A stretch of 64,000 bases of DNA from Octopus sinensis. Its lineage: Eukaryota. The stretch lies in assembly GCF_006345805.1 (NCBI RefSeq), contig NC_043023.1, positions 620,001 through 684,000 of the forward strand, given 5' to 3'. The translations under genes and the position numbers were made by a program. Positions within the stretch are counted from its first letter, which is position 1; each line of letters opens with the position of its first letter. Under the pieces are notes generated by a model, which did not search any database, was not told where the DNA came from, and saw only the letters and a program-made list of their open reading frames with translations. Of this stretch, positions 34,921-47,240 are shown one piece after another.

Positions 34921-35285
34921 TCATTGTTCAATTTTATTTCAAGATTTCTTGCCAACAGAGAAAGAACCGGTTTCTAACCTAGATCCAAGGTTCCTTCATT
35001 GGAATTTCTACATCGACAACAGGGTATTTATGTTTGTATGTATGTATGTATGTATGTATGTATGTATGTGCAGATTTGTGTTTTATGTATGTATTCTCAT
35101 GCATATAGTTACATATCTAAACATGCTCATATATATTTAAATGATAAACTTCTGGAAAGCTTTACAGATTTTTACAGTTCCAGTGATGGATTGGATCTGT
35201 AGTCTTCGGATTAGCTTTCTCTTTTCTGGTTTTGAGAAGCCTAATTTCTCAAGATTGGTAATTAGGCAGTGTGTTACATATCCCA
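34921..35285 (-). mobile_element. 3' end of the REL-type LINE (same family as 15405-15860)
   Basis: AGAAGCCTAATTTCTCAAGATTGGTA..GGCAGTGTGTTACATATCCCAG is shared with 15411-15460; the minus-strand UTR ends with AATAAA. Confidence 0.75.
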
Positions 35286-35568
35286 GCCAATAGGTATTTA
35301 TATTTCTTTTAGATTTTTAATTATTTCTGTGGTAAAATAAATATTCTCACACCTAGAAATTAATAAATTAATAAATAAAAATATAGTACAGTACTGCACT
35401 GTATAAGACATTAATCAAAATATATTAAAAGAAAATGCATACAGTACCTTAGACGAGTGAACAAAGAATCACACATACTGTATGGAAAATGAAACTTGGG
35501 AGGTGAGTGTGTGGTGATGTTTTGCATTTATAATAAAATAAATATATACAAATTATATAGGCTATATA

Positions 35569-36003
35569 GGCGTAGGAGTGGCCATATAGGCTTAGGATTG
35601 GCTGTGTGGTAAGTAGCTTGCTTATGAACCACATGGTTCCGGGTTCAGTCACACTGTGTGGCAACTTGGGCAAGTGTCTTCTACTATAGCCTCGGGCCTA
35701 CCAAAGCCTTGTGAGTGGATTTGGTAGATGGAAACTGAAAGAAGCCCGTCATATATGTGTATATATATATGTATGTATGTGTGTGTATATGTTTGTGTGT
35801 CTGTGTTTGTTCCCCCAACATCGTTTGACAACCGATACTGATGTGTTTACGTCCTTGTAACTTAGTGGTTTGGCAAAAGAGAGCGATAGAATAGGTATTA
35901 GGCTTACTAAGTTCTGGGGTTGATTTGCTCGACTAAAGGCGGTGCTCCACCATGGCCTCAGTTAAATGACTGAAACAAGTAAAAGAGTAAAAGAGTAAAG
36001 AGT
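35569..36003 (+). mobile_element. SINE-A, full length with a short 5' stutter
   Basis: TAGGCGTAGGAGTGGC followed by TAGGCTTAGGATTGGCTGTGTGG; core and tail intact. Confidence 0.93.
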
Positions 36004-36029
36004 TATAAAAATGATAAAAAATATATATA

Positions 36030-36118
36030 CGGTGCAGTACTGTTTCTACTTAGTGGATTTTCACCTATCATGAGAGCTTTTGGAACGTAACACCCAGGAT
36101 AGTCGAGGGATTATTGTA
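36030..36118. mobile_element. Possible Tigger/pogo-type MITE terminal fragment
   Basis: GGAACGTAACACCCAGGATAGTCGAGGGATTATTG-TA resembles a Tigger-like TIR (CAGTAATCCCTCG..) plus TA; partner TIR not found. Confidence 0.4.
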
Positions 36119-36186
36119 GTGGAGATAGCCCTAGAAATGAGCCCAATATATAAATATATAATAATAAAGAGTAATAAAACTTGTGT

Positions 36187-36593
36187 TACTCTTTTACTCT
36201 TTTACTTCTTTCTGTCATTTGACTGCGGCCATGCTGGAGCACCGCCTTTAATCGAGCAACTCGACCCTGGGACTTATTCTTTGTAAGCCCAGTACTTATT
36301 TTATCGGTCTCTTTTGCCGAACCGCTAAGTGACGGGGACATAAACACACCAGCATCGGTTGTCAAGCAATACTAGGGGACAAACACAGACACACAAACAC
36401 ACACACACATATATGTATATACATATATACGACGGGCTTCTTTCAGTTTCCGTCTACCAAATCCACTCACAAGGCTTTGGTCGGCCCAAGGCTATAGTAG
36501 AAGACACTTGCCCAAGGTGCCACGCAGTGGGACTGAACCTGGAACCATGTGGTTGGTAAACAAGCTACTTACTACACAGCCACTCCTGCACCT
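36187..36593 (-). mobile_element. SINE-A, full length
   Basis: Complete reverse complement from tail to A-box. Confidence 0.95.
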
Positions 36594-36949
36594 GTGTTCT
36601 TTATTTATTTATACTAATATACAGTTCAGACAATTTTTATTGTCCAGCGTAAGACACATGGAATTACTCATCGGAAGAATGCACACAGTGACTAACAATT
36701 AAATGTAGTCACAGATGTTAGATACTGATTGCTGTGGTTAGCCATTAAGTGGAACCTAACTAAGAGCTAATATGATATCCGCCCAGATAATATATCCCTC
36801 CAAACTCATTTTATATATATATACACGCATACATATACTGACATATATTGGGATGTGTTTCTAAAGCCATCTCCTGCTCCCTAAAATCTTATGAGCTGCT
36901 TTTTTTATGAGTGATCTGCTGACCCTCACAGTGGAAAAAAATTAATAAA

Positions 36950-37620
36950 ATACCACCACCACCGCTACAGCCACCACCATCACCGCTACTATTTCTACCA
37001 CCTAACTACCGACACTACTACCACCACCACCACTACTACCACCACCACTACTACTACCACCATCACTACTACCATCCTACTAATGCCACTACCATTTCCA
37101 CCACCATCACCACTCTACTACTGTCACAACCATCATCACCACCACCACCACCACCACCACCACTACAATTACTATTACTACAACCATTACCACTACTTCC
37201 ACAACCACCACCACAACCACTACAGCCACTACCACCACTACTACCACCATCACTGCTACCACTAGTACTACTACTAACACCATCACCGCAACTACTACTA
37301 TCTCCACCACCACCACCACCACTCTACTACTGTCACAACCATCACCACCACCACCACTATGACTACTATTATCACTACTACTACTACCACCACCATTACC
37401 ACTACTTCCACCACCACCACTACAACTACTATTACTACTACTACTACCACCACTATTACCACTACTTCCACAACTACCACCACCACCACACCACCACCAC
37501 TACAACTACTATTACTACCACAACCATCATCACCACCACCACCACAAGTACCACTTTCAACACTACCACCACAACCACTACAACGACTACCACCACTAGC
37601 ACAGCTACCTGCCGCACCAT
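36950..37620. repeat. (ACC)/(ACT) low-complexity tract
   Basis: Direct reading. Confidence 0.9.
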
Positions 37621-37919
37621 CAGCACCGTCAGCAGTCCTAATCTATATTTCAATATGCTCTCCAAAACACGGCCAAGAACGTCCCCTTTTGTTTTGAAAT
37701 GGTGGAACACGAAATCAGGGAAGAGAAATTAATTTCGTTTTCCAGGAAAGAAGAGCAGAAATAAATATGGAAATATTAACAAACAGAGGAGGCAGAGATG
37801 CACTGAACGTCTGCTCTCGTGAAAACAATACCTTTTTGTATTGGATGGCAAACAGTGCGTTTGCCATCTGTCCATTTTATTTCTACGACAAGATACAGAG
37901 CAGGGAAGAGGCCTTTGGT

Positions 37920-37928
37920 ATGTGTGTG

Positions 37929-37983
<55 letters not shown>

Positions 37984-38020
37984 TATATACATAATATATA
38001 TATATATTATATATAATATT

Positions 38021-38053
<33 letters not shown>

Positions 38054-38087
38054 TATATTAATATATACATATATATATATATATATA

Positions 38088-38130
<43 letters not shown>

Positions 38131-38810
38131 ATATATATCTGTGTGTGTGTGTATATATATATACACTGAAGATGAAGGCTTTGAATGACTTGTCTGTTTT
38201 CCGTGTTCGTCCCTTCGTGTATTTCACGTTCTTTATATATAAATTTTTATTGCTATATATATATATGTACACACATATAACTATGTGTGTGTGTGTATAT
38301 ACATGAGTGTGTGTATATATATATATGAGTGTATATGTGTATGTATATATATATTATACATATAAGTGTGTGTATACATACATGTATGAGTATATATATA
38401 CACACGCATAAATATGCGTGTATATATATATGAGTGTGTATGTACATATATGAGTATGTATGTGTGTATGTATATATATGTGTGTGCGAGTATATATATA
38501 TATGTATGCATGTACATATATATGTGGAAGTATATACATGTGTGTATATATATATATATGTATATGCATGTTTGTATATAAGTTTGCATGTGTATATGTG
38601 TGTAAATATATTACATATGTATATATTTGTATATATATATATATGTATATATGTATGTATATGTATATGTATGTACATATGTAAGTATATGTATTTATGT
38701 ATGTAAATATATAATCATATATATATATGTATATATATACATATGTAACTGTATGTATATATATGTGTGTGTATTTATATATATTTGTATACACACACAC
38801 ACACAATTCC
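37920..38810. repeat. (TA)/(TG) microsatellite field
   Basis: Direct reading. Confidence 0.9.
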
Positions 38811-39116
38811 TAAACAACAAAGGATGAGTCTTGAACAGACTTGTACTCTTATTAATACATGATTTGAAAGCATCATAGTCACCCCCCTCACACACACTCA
38901 TATATACGTGTGTATATACACACGTATACGTATGGGACATTTTTTCTTTCAAACATGCATTATTAAAACACGAGTGTGCTCATGTTTCATCTTTTATTAT
39001 CAAGTCCTTTTGTTTGGGTTTTAGGCCAAATTGATTTCTTCAGCATCTGTGTATGCAAATATATATATATACGAGCTAATCCTATTATTATAAATATATA
39101 TATATATATATATATA

Positions 39117-39492
39117 GGCGTAGGAGTGGCTGTGTGGTAAGTAGCTTGTTTACCAACCACATGGTTCTGGGTTCAGTCCCACTGCGTAGCACCTTGGACA
39201 AGTGTCTTCTACTATAGCCTCAGGCCACCCAAAGCCTCGTGAGTGGATTTGGTAGATGGAAACTGAAACAAGCTCGTCGTATATGTGTATGTGTGTGTGT
39301 TTGTCCCCCCCAACATCGCTGACAACCGATGCTGGTGTGTTTACGTCCCCATAACTTAGCGGTTGGCAAAAGAGACCAATAGAATAAGTACTAGGCTTAC
39401 AAAGAATAAGTCCTGGGGTTGATTTGCTCGACTAAAGGTGGTGCTCCAGTATGGCTGCAGTCAAATGACTGAAACAAGTAAAGGAATAAAGA
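39117..39492 (+). mobile_element. SINE-A, full length, short internal microsatellite
   Basis: GGCGTAGGAGTGGCTGTGTGG head through the CAAGTAAAGG tail. Confidence 0.95.
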
Positions 39493-39899
39493 CTTCGAAG
39501 TCAGCATCAACAACATTTTTGTATAAAAATAAATAAATATATATATATATTTAAGTCAGAATATATGGATTTGAGTGCTCCAGTAGTACTCATAAAAAAG
39601 CTCCTTAATGTATCGTTGTGCACACCATGATACAAGAGAAAAGGATAACAAGTGTATATAGTCATAAATGACAGAAATATTTAGATGAACATTTATTTAA
39701 CAATAACAAAAATCCTAATGTAACAACAGTGCTGAGTTGTCAAACATTTAAACCAAATTTTCTCAAAACAACGTGTCCGACTGTCCCATAGGCCTCCCCT
39801 TTGAGAAACACTGATTTAACCTAAATTTGAGACACCAGCAAAAGAAGAAATAAAGATAGACTTTATTTCTATTCCAAAGGAAAGCGATTTTATTCACAC

Positions 39900-40132
39900 A
39901 AATATGCAACCGAAGAGTTTAAAGTATCAGTAATGATAAGGCTTTTGACTGGGAGAAGGGCTTTATCGATTGCATTCTCACCTGGAATCGATTTTTGTAA
40001 TTTTTTCAAGATTTATACACGCCCTGATACTGTCGGTGTCTACATATCAAATTTGAGTGCAATCGGATGGAGGATGCCCGAGATCCTAGAAAACAGACAC
40101 ACAGACAGACAGGACGGATTTTATATAATAGA
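39900..40132 (-). mobile_element. Helitron-like 5' end fragment
   Basis: Plus strand ends ACAGACAGACAGG..TTTTATATAATAGA|T, the same architecture as the 5' end of 21628-22140; no CTAG end found. Confidence 0.5.
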
Positions 40133-40417
40133 TATAAGAGTTCAGGGTTCAAGTTAATCAGGTATTTAAATCATAAAGCATGGGACAGGTTAATTTAAAG
40201 GAATTGTGTATATTATGAAAGCATAGGAACACATTCTTACATACTGATATATAGACGGATAATTATTCCAGTTGTGTATACAATCAACTGCAGCTGACTG
40301 AGTAGCTTATGAATCCCAAGGCTGTATTTAGGAATACAAACTGCATCAATTGTACAACACTAAATAGGCTTGGGATCCACACTAATAGCAGGTTCCAAAT
40401 AACGTGAATAACGTATA

Positions 40418-40642
40418 AAAATAACAGCTGGATAATGGTTCATTCACCACAGCTGTTTCCAACGAATTTTTTTTAATGATTAACAAGGATGTTACATAAT
40501 GTGAAAAGAAAAAAACCTTTTCATCAGGGGAATATAAGCAAATTATACATTTAAAACATTCCAAATGTCACCAGTTTGTGCTGCTTCATTATTCCCTGAC
40601 TAGTAAAGCTGTAGTGAATGAACCATTATCCATCTGTTGTTT

Positions 40643-40645
<3 letters not shown>
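40418..40645. mobile_element. ~225-bp fold-back element with hammerhead-like arms
   Basis: AACAGCTGGATAATGGTTCATTCACCACAGCT is mirrored by AGCTGTAGTGAATGAACCATTATCCATCTGTT; inner arms TCAGGGGAATA / TATTCCCTGA. Confidence 0.75.
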
Positions 40646-40683
<38 letters not shown>

Positions 40684-40685
40684 TA

Positions 40686-40716
<31 letters not shown>

Positions 40717-40848
40717 TATACATACATACATACATATAATTAAATTTAATGTTTAACTGAGTGATTTTAGTATATTTAATGTTTATATAATTTAGTGATT
40801 TTTAGAATAATATTGATTATAATATCTTTAAATTCTTTCTATGTGATT

Positions 40849-41089
40849 TCATCATCATCATCATCATCGTTTAGCATCCATTTTCCATGCTAGCACGGGT
40901 TGGATGGTTCGACCGGGGTCTGGGAAGCCAGAAGGCTGCACCAGGCCCAGTCTGATCAGGCAATGTTTCTACGGCTGGATGCCCTTCCTAACGCCAACCA
41001 CTCCGTGAGTGTAGTGGGTGCTTTTTACGTGCCAGGCAAGGCTAGCAAACAGTCACGATCGGATGGTGCTTTTTACATGCCACTGGCAC
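40849..41089 (-). mobile_element. RTE LINE 3' UTR fragment
   Basis: (CAT)n-CGTTTAGCATCC..CCATGCTAGCACGGGTTGG..GGATGCCCTTCCTAACGCCAACCAC. Confidence 0.9.
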
Positions 41090-41304
41090 AAATTTCTTTC
41101 ACTATCAATTGAATTACTTAATAGAGGTTATTTCTCTTAATTATATATATACACACACAAACACACACACATATATATATATACAGAGGAGTCGAGTGTA
41201 ATCCATAGGCAGGAAAGGTGCAGCTGAAGTGTAGAAAGTCCAGTAGAAGTTCCTGAGTGATGAGAGGAGATGGATCAACTGGTGTGACCACGTGACTGTG
41301 TAAC

Positions 41305-41993
41305 ATATGGAGAGAATTCACAAAAAACAAAAGACGAAGACAGGTGGTATAGACAACAAACAGATGCAGGTGTGGCTGTGTGGTAAGTAGCTTGCTAACC
41401 AGCCACATGGTTCCGGGTTCAGTCCCACTGCGTGGCATCTTGGGAAACTGTCTTCTGCTATAGCCTCGGGCCGACCAATGCCTTGTGAGTGGATTTGGTA
41501 GATGGAAACTGAAAGAAGCCTGTCGTATATATGTATATATATATGTGTGTGTGTTTGTGTGTCTGTGTTTGTCCCCCTAGCATTGCTTGACAACCGATGC
41601 TGGTATGTTTATGTTCCCGTCACTTAGCGGTTCAGCAAAAGAGACCGATAGAATAAGTACTGGGCTTACAAAGAATATGTCCCGGGGTTGATTTGCTCGA
41701 CTAAAGACGGTGCTCCAGCATGGCCACAGTCAAATGACTGAAACAAGTAAAAGAGTAAAGAGAGATGTATTAGTATAAATCTCAGGAAGTGAAAAATTTG
41801 TTAATGTTTCGAGCCTACACTCTTCCACAGAGAGGAATTTTCTCTCCTGTTTCTTTCTGTGTTCTTTTCTGTGGAAGAGTGTAAGCTTGAAACATTAAAA
41901 ACTTTTTCACTTCCCAAGCATTATACTAATACATCTGTTTGTTGTCAACAGCACCTATCTTTGACTTTTGTTTTTTTGTGAATTCTCCCTATA
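41305..41993. mobile_element. ~290-bp palindromic element interrupted by SINE-A
   Basis: GAGAATTCACAAAAAACAAAAG..ACAAACAGATG|TATTAGTATAA..GAAGTGAAAAA..GTTTCGAGCCTACACTCTTCCACAG is mirrored at 41869-41993, ending GTGAATTCTCCCTATA. Confidence 0.85.
41366..41764 (+). mobile_element. SINE-A, full length, nested in the palindromic element
   Basis: Complete head-to-tail copy; AGATG is duplicated on both sides (41362-41366, 41763-41767). Confidence 0.93.
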
Positions 41994-42228
41994 CATATAT
42001 ATATATATGACACTTGTATTTGCTGCAATATTTGCAGCTTTTAATAAAGCTTGTCTTCGTATGAAACAATTGTACTGAAAAACTAATCCATTCTTGTTGC
42101 TTTTTTCTTGTTTATAATCACCCCACATTATTGTATGGTTAATACCATATAGTTTTCTGGTGCATCTAAGTTAAGTACCCCATTCAAGTGAATTCAATAG
42201 AACTCACTTGAATCTTAATTGTTTTTAC

Positions 42229-42260
<32 letters not shown>

Positions 42261-42417
42261 TCAAAATAAGCAACAAGGATATCCAGAGGTAATCACCTTA
42301 TTTTGAAATTGTATAGATGATGATGATGAATACCGTACTAAATTCTGGAGCCTCAACTGAAGTGAATCTAAATTTTTACTTATATATACACATACACACA
42401 CACACACATATATATAT

Positions 42418-42605
42418 ACTTTTACTTGTTTCAGTCATTTGGCTGCAGCCACACTGGAGCACCAAATCAACCCCAGAACTTATTCTTGGTAAGCCTAGTA
42501 CTTATCCTATCAGTCTCTTTTGCTGAACCACTAAGTTACGGGGACATAAACATCAGTTGTCAAGCGATGGTGGAGGGACAAATACAGACACACAAATACA
42601 TACAT
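42418..42605 (-). mobile_element. SINE-A 3' half
   Basis: TTTTACTTGTTTCAGTCATTTGGCTGCAGCC...CAGACACAC. Confidence 0.8.
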
Positions 42606-43070
42606 ACAAACATAAACAAAGTTAATGGAAAAAAGGGATATTAATTAATTAATTATTTACTTTTATATCTATATAGATAAATACTAATATTTATATTTAC
42701 CAATATGACAATTTCAAGTGGTGTAACTAGGAACTTTCTCTTAAATTTTCTGACAGAGCTGTTTAACTAAGTAGATTGTACTTATTGATTAGTTAATTAT
42801 TTAATTATAAATGGATATACTGTTGGTAAATCAGCTGAAATATATGTAGGATGTTTAATTTATTTAGTAATGTCTATATTTTATGAATTTTAGAGATATA
42901 AAAATAAATAAATAATATACCTTTTCTCCTTAGTTAACTTTGCTTTATATCCTCTGAACTTACATTAAGAAAAATCTAATTGTTGGATATGCTGTGTGTT
43001 CTTTGGTCCTCTTCTGAGAATTACATTATATCTACCTGGACTTATCTCCCAACTTTGATAATTATATATA

Positions 43071-43400
43071 TCATCATCATCATCATCATCATTTAACATC
43101 TGCTTTCCATGCTAGCATGGGTTGGACGATTTGACTGAGTGCTGGCAAACCAGATGGCTGCACCAGGCTCCAATCTTGATCTGGCAGAGTTTCTACAGCT
43201 GGATGCCCTTCCTAACGCCAACCACCCTGAGAGTGTACTGGGTGCTTTTACGTGCCACCAGCATGAGGGCCAGTCAGGCAGTACTGGCAACGGCCACGCT
43301 CAAATAGTTCTTTTACGTGCCAACTGCACAGGAGCCAGGCCAGTGGCACTGGCAACGACCTTGCTCGAATACTTTTTCATGTGCCAGTGAGGCAACGCTG
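43071..43400 (-). mobile_element. RTE LINE 3' UTR fragment
   Basis: (CAT)n tail, CCATGCTAGCATGG and tandem units on the minus strand. Confidence 0.88.
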
Positions 43401-43439
43401 GTAACAATGCGACATTATATATATATATATATACACACA

Positions 43440-43571
43440 TATGATAGGCTTCTTTTCAGTTTCCCTCAACCATATCTACTCACAAGGCTTTCCCAAGGTG
43501 CCACACAGTGGGACTGAACCCAGAACCATGTGGTTGGGAAGTAAGCTTCTTACCACATAGCCACTCCTGTG

Positions 43572-43573
<2 letters not shown>
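43440..43573 (-). mobile_element. SINE-A 5' half
   Basis: CCCAAGGTGCCACACAGTGGGACTGAACCC...AGCCACTCCTGTGCC. Confidence 0.85.
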
Positions 43574-43605
<32 letters not shown>

Positions 43606-43715
43606 TATAATTAAAGTCAAAATGAGGGTGAAAAAATTGGATATTAATTTAATAACATCAATTTAAACACCAGTGGCCTAGCATATAAAAGACTGAAATT
43701 CAGTAAATATTATTA

Positions 43716-43879
43716 ATACACAACTATAAAAGAGAATCGACTATGTGGACGGTCTTACGCTAGATATAGATCCGCAAAGGGACTCAACCACTAAGAATTC
43801 TTAGTGGTTGAGTCCCTTTGCGGATCTATATCTAGCGTAAGAGCGTCCACATAGTGGATTCTCTGTTATAGTTGTGTAT
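43716..43879. repeat. 164-bp zero-spacer palindrome centred on GAATTC
   Basis: 82-bp arms with 3 mismatches; the inner 90 bp (43753-43842) are perfect. Confidence 0.95.
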
Positions 43880-43939
43880 AAATATATATATATATAATAT
43901 ATATATATATCTATATATATATATATAATATATATATAT

Positions 43940-44095
43940 ATATGATGGGCTTCTTTTGGTTTCTGTCAACAAAATCCACCTACAAGGATTTTGTTGGACT
44001 GAGGCGATAGTAGAAGACACTTGCCTAAGCTACCACAGAGTGGGACTGAACCCAGAGCCATGGAATTGGGAAGCAAGTTTCTTACCATACAGCCT
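43940..44095 (-). mobile_element. SINE-A 5' half, diverged
   Basis: GATGGGCTTCTTTTGGTTTCTG...GAAGACACTTGCCTAAG...GGGACTGAACCC. Confidence 0.8.
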
Positions 44096-44424
44096 GCACA
44101 TAAGATGAATCAAACATATAAAATATAAACAAAAAAAGAACAAAAATGTCAAAAGGACATAATTAATAAACGTATTAGATTGATGCTCAGGGAAGGTTTC
44201 AGATGGAAAAAAGAGGGTTTGACATTTCAAGCATTGCTCTTCATCAGAAAGAGGCAAAAAGAAAAAAGTATGGAGAGACTTTTGACTTGCTTGTTATCAT
44301 ACACTCACACACATCTGTGCCTTTCTGACAATTATCGGGAGTATTTAATTCTTGAATGTCCTAACACTGGATTACCTTTGAATTCTCTCAGCATACATCA
44401 ATTTTGTAACTTTTTCTTTTGTTT

Positions 44425-44800
44425 TTATTCCTTTACATGTTTCAGCCATTTGACTGTGGCCATGCTGGAGCACCACCTTTAGTTGAATTAAATCGACCCC
44501 AGGGCTTATTCTTTGTAAGCCTAGTACTTATTCTATCGGTCTCTCTTGCCAAACCTAAACACACCAGCATTGGTTGTCAAGTGATTTTGGGGGGACAAAC
44601 ACAGACACACAACATATACACACACATATATATACATATATACGATGGGCTTCTTTCAGTTTCTGTCTACCAAATCCACTCACAAGGCTTTGGTCAGCCT
44701 GAAGCTGTTGTAGAAGACACTTGCCCAAGGTGCCATGCAGTGGGACTGAACCCGGAACCATGTGGTTCGTAAGCAAACTACTTACCACACAGTCACTCCT
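44425..44800 (-). mobile_element. SINE-A, near full length
   Basis: Tail, hairpin, microsatellite, core and B-box. Confidence 0.9.
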
Positions 44801-44829
44801 TATATTTTTTTAATCTTTTATTTGTTTCG

Positions 44830-46200
44830 TGTTTGGAAGAAGAAGTGGAGGAAGGGGAGAAGGAGGAGAATGAGGAAAGAGGGGAGGATGAAGAGGAAGA
44901 CAAAGTGGAAGATGATGACGAAGAAGAAGAAGAGGATGAAAAAGAGACATGGAAGAGAGGACGAAGTGGATGATAAAGTGAAAAGTGAAGGGGAGGAAGA
45001 GAAGAAAGAAGAAGAATAGGAGAAAGGAGAGGAAGAGGAGAAAGAAGGGGAAGAGGAGAAAGCAGAGGAAGAGGAGAAAGAAGAGAAAGAGAAGAAAGAA
45101 ATGGAAGAGGAGAAAGAAGTCGAAGAGGAGAAAGAAGGGGAAGAGGAGAAAGAAGACAAGAAGGAAAGGAAGAGGAGAAAAAGAGGAAGACGAGAAAGGA
45201 GAGGAAGAGGAGAAAGAAGGAGAAGAGGAGAAAGAAGTCGAAGAGGAGAAAGAAGGGGAAGAGGAGAAAGAAGTGGAAGAGGAGAAAGAAGGGGAAGAGA
45301 AGTAAGAAGACAAGGAGAAGGAAAGGAAGAGGAGAAAAAGAGGAAGACAAGAAACAAGAGGAAGGGGAGAAAGAAGAGGAAGAGGAGAAGAAAGGAAGAG
45401 GAGAAAGAGGAGAAAGAAGTCGAAGAGGAGAAAGAAGAAGAGAAAGAAGAGAAAGAGGAGAAAGAAGGAGAAGAGGAGAAGAGGAGAAAGAAGGAGAAGA
45501 GGAGAAAGAAGGAGAAGAGGAGAAAGAAGACAAGGAGAAGGAAAGGAAGAGGAGAAAAAGAGGAAGACAAGAAACAAGAGGAAGGGGAGAAAGAAGAGGA
45601 AGAGGAGAAAGAAGAGGAAGACTAGAAAGAAGAGGAAGACGAGAAAGAAGAGGAAGATGAGAAAGAAGAGAAAGAGGAGAAAGGAGAGGAAGAGGAGAAA
45701 GAAGAAGAGAAAGAAGAGAAAGAGGAGAAAGGAGAGGAAAAAGAAGAAGAGGAGAAAGAAGGGGAAGAGAGGAAAGAAGGGGAAGAGGAGAAAGAAGTGG
45801 AAGAGGGGAAAGAAGTGGAAGAGGGGAAAGAAGTGGAAGAGGGGAAAGAAGAGGAAGAGGGGAAAGAAGAGGAAGAAGAGAAAGAAGATGAAGTCAAGGA
45901 AGATGGGGAGAATGAAGATGAAGTGGAGGAAGAGAAGGGAGAGGGGAGGAGGGAAAGGAGGAAGAAGACAAGGAAGAGAGGAATATGAAGAGGAAGAGGA
46001 AGAGGGAGTGGAATAAGAGGAGGAGGAAGAAAAAATGAAGGAAGAGGACAAGGAAGAAAGGAGGATAAAGGGTAGAGGAAGAAGAGAAAGATGTGGAAGA
46101 GATGAAGGAAGAGGGAGAGGAAGAAGGTTCAGAGGAGAAGAAAGGAAGAGGATGGAGAAAAGAAATAGGGAAGAGGGAAAAGGGGGGAAATATGAAGGGA
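44830..46200 (+). repeat. ~1.37-kb polypurine (GAA/GGA/GAG) tract
   Basis: Almost only A and G on the plus strand; recurrent GAGGAGAAAGAAG units. Confidence 0.95.
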
Positions 46201-46349
46201 CGGGTGCAGAGGGGTAAGGTGGACTGGCATGGCGGGGAAGTCTTTAGCGAAAATGTTGTGCTGCGCATATGAAAACTGTATTAAAAATTATAAAGATTTC
46301 CTTCGCTAATTAAATACCGTTTCCCTTTAATTTAATATCCACAGACTGC

Positions 46350-47240
46350 CCGCCCTACCCACCCCCACCACCACATTCACAGCAATTCGTCCTGCTCTCC
46401 CCCACAGCTCACACCCACCTCCCCTGCTGCAGCACCCGTACAAACCCAGGCCACCATTACCTCCCCCCACACCTACACCACCAGCCCCATAACCATCCTC
46501 CAAGCCTGTATCCCACCATTCAGCTAGTCACTTTATTTTGTCCTCCAGTCACTGTTCCCCCACCACCACCATCTTCCCACTCCACCCCCCTGCGCCTCCA
46601 CCTCCTCCACCTCTCCCACCCCCTGCCAGTAACAATCCACCAACAGCTCGCCAGACAATCATCCATCCACTCACTACCAACACAACCATCAATACCACCA
46701 CCAACAACGACATCGCCAATACCACTAGAAACACCACCGCCAATACTACAACCATCACCGTCATCAACACCACCACTATCAACAACATCACCAACACCAC
46801 TATCACCACCATCACCACCATCACCATCTCCACAGTGACCACCAACACCAGCACCACAACTACCTCCATCCCCACCACTACCCTCATCACCATTGCAACC
46901 AACACCACCACTATCACCACCATCTCCATAGCTACCACCGACACCATCACCATCTCCACAGTGACCACCAACACTAGCACCACCACTATCCCCATCCCCA
47001 CCACCACCACCACCAACACCATTGCAACCAACACCACCATCATCACCTTAACCACAACCACCCCCATCACCACAATGCTACCACCGAAACTACCACCAGC
47101 ATCACCACCACCACCACCACCACCACTAACATCAGACACCAAACCACCAAGACCACACCACACCACACAGCTACTACCCGTCAGGCACCAATACGACCAC
47201 GACCACCACCAACAACAGCAACACCAACACCATCCTTTCC
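46350..47240. repeat. C/A-rich (ACC/CAT) low-complexity tract
   Basis: Direct reading. Confidence 0.85.

Noticed and set aside
39740-39813. hAT MITE ending TTTGAGAAACACTG
   Set aside because: Only one TIR-like end; no partner TIR or TSD could be located.
44985-46016. EEEKE/KRRK-rich ORFs as a neurofilament-like or nucleolar protein
   Set aside because: Products of a polypurine repeat; frames are short, overlapping and interrupted.
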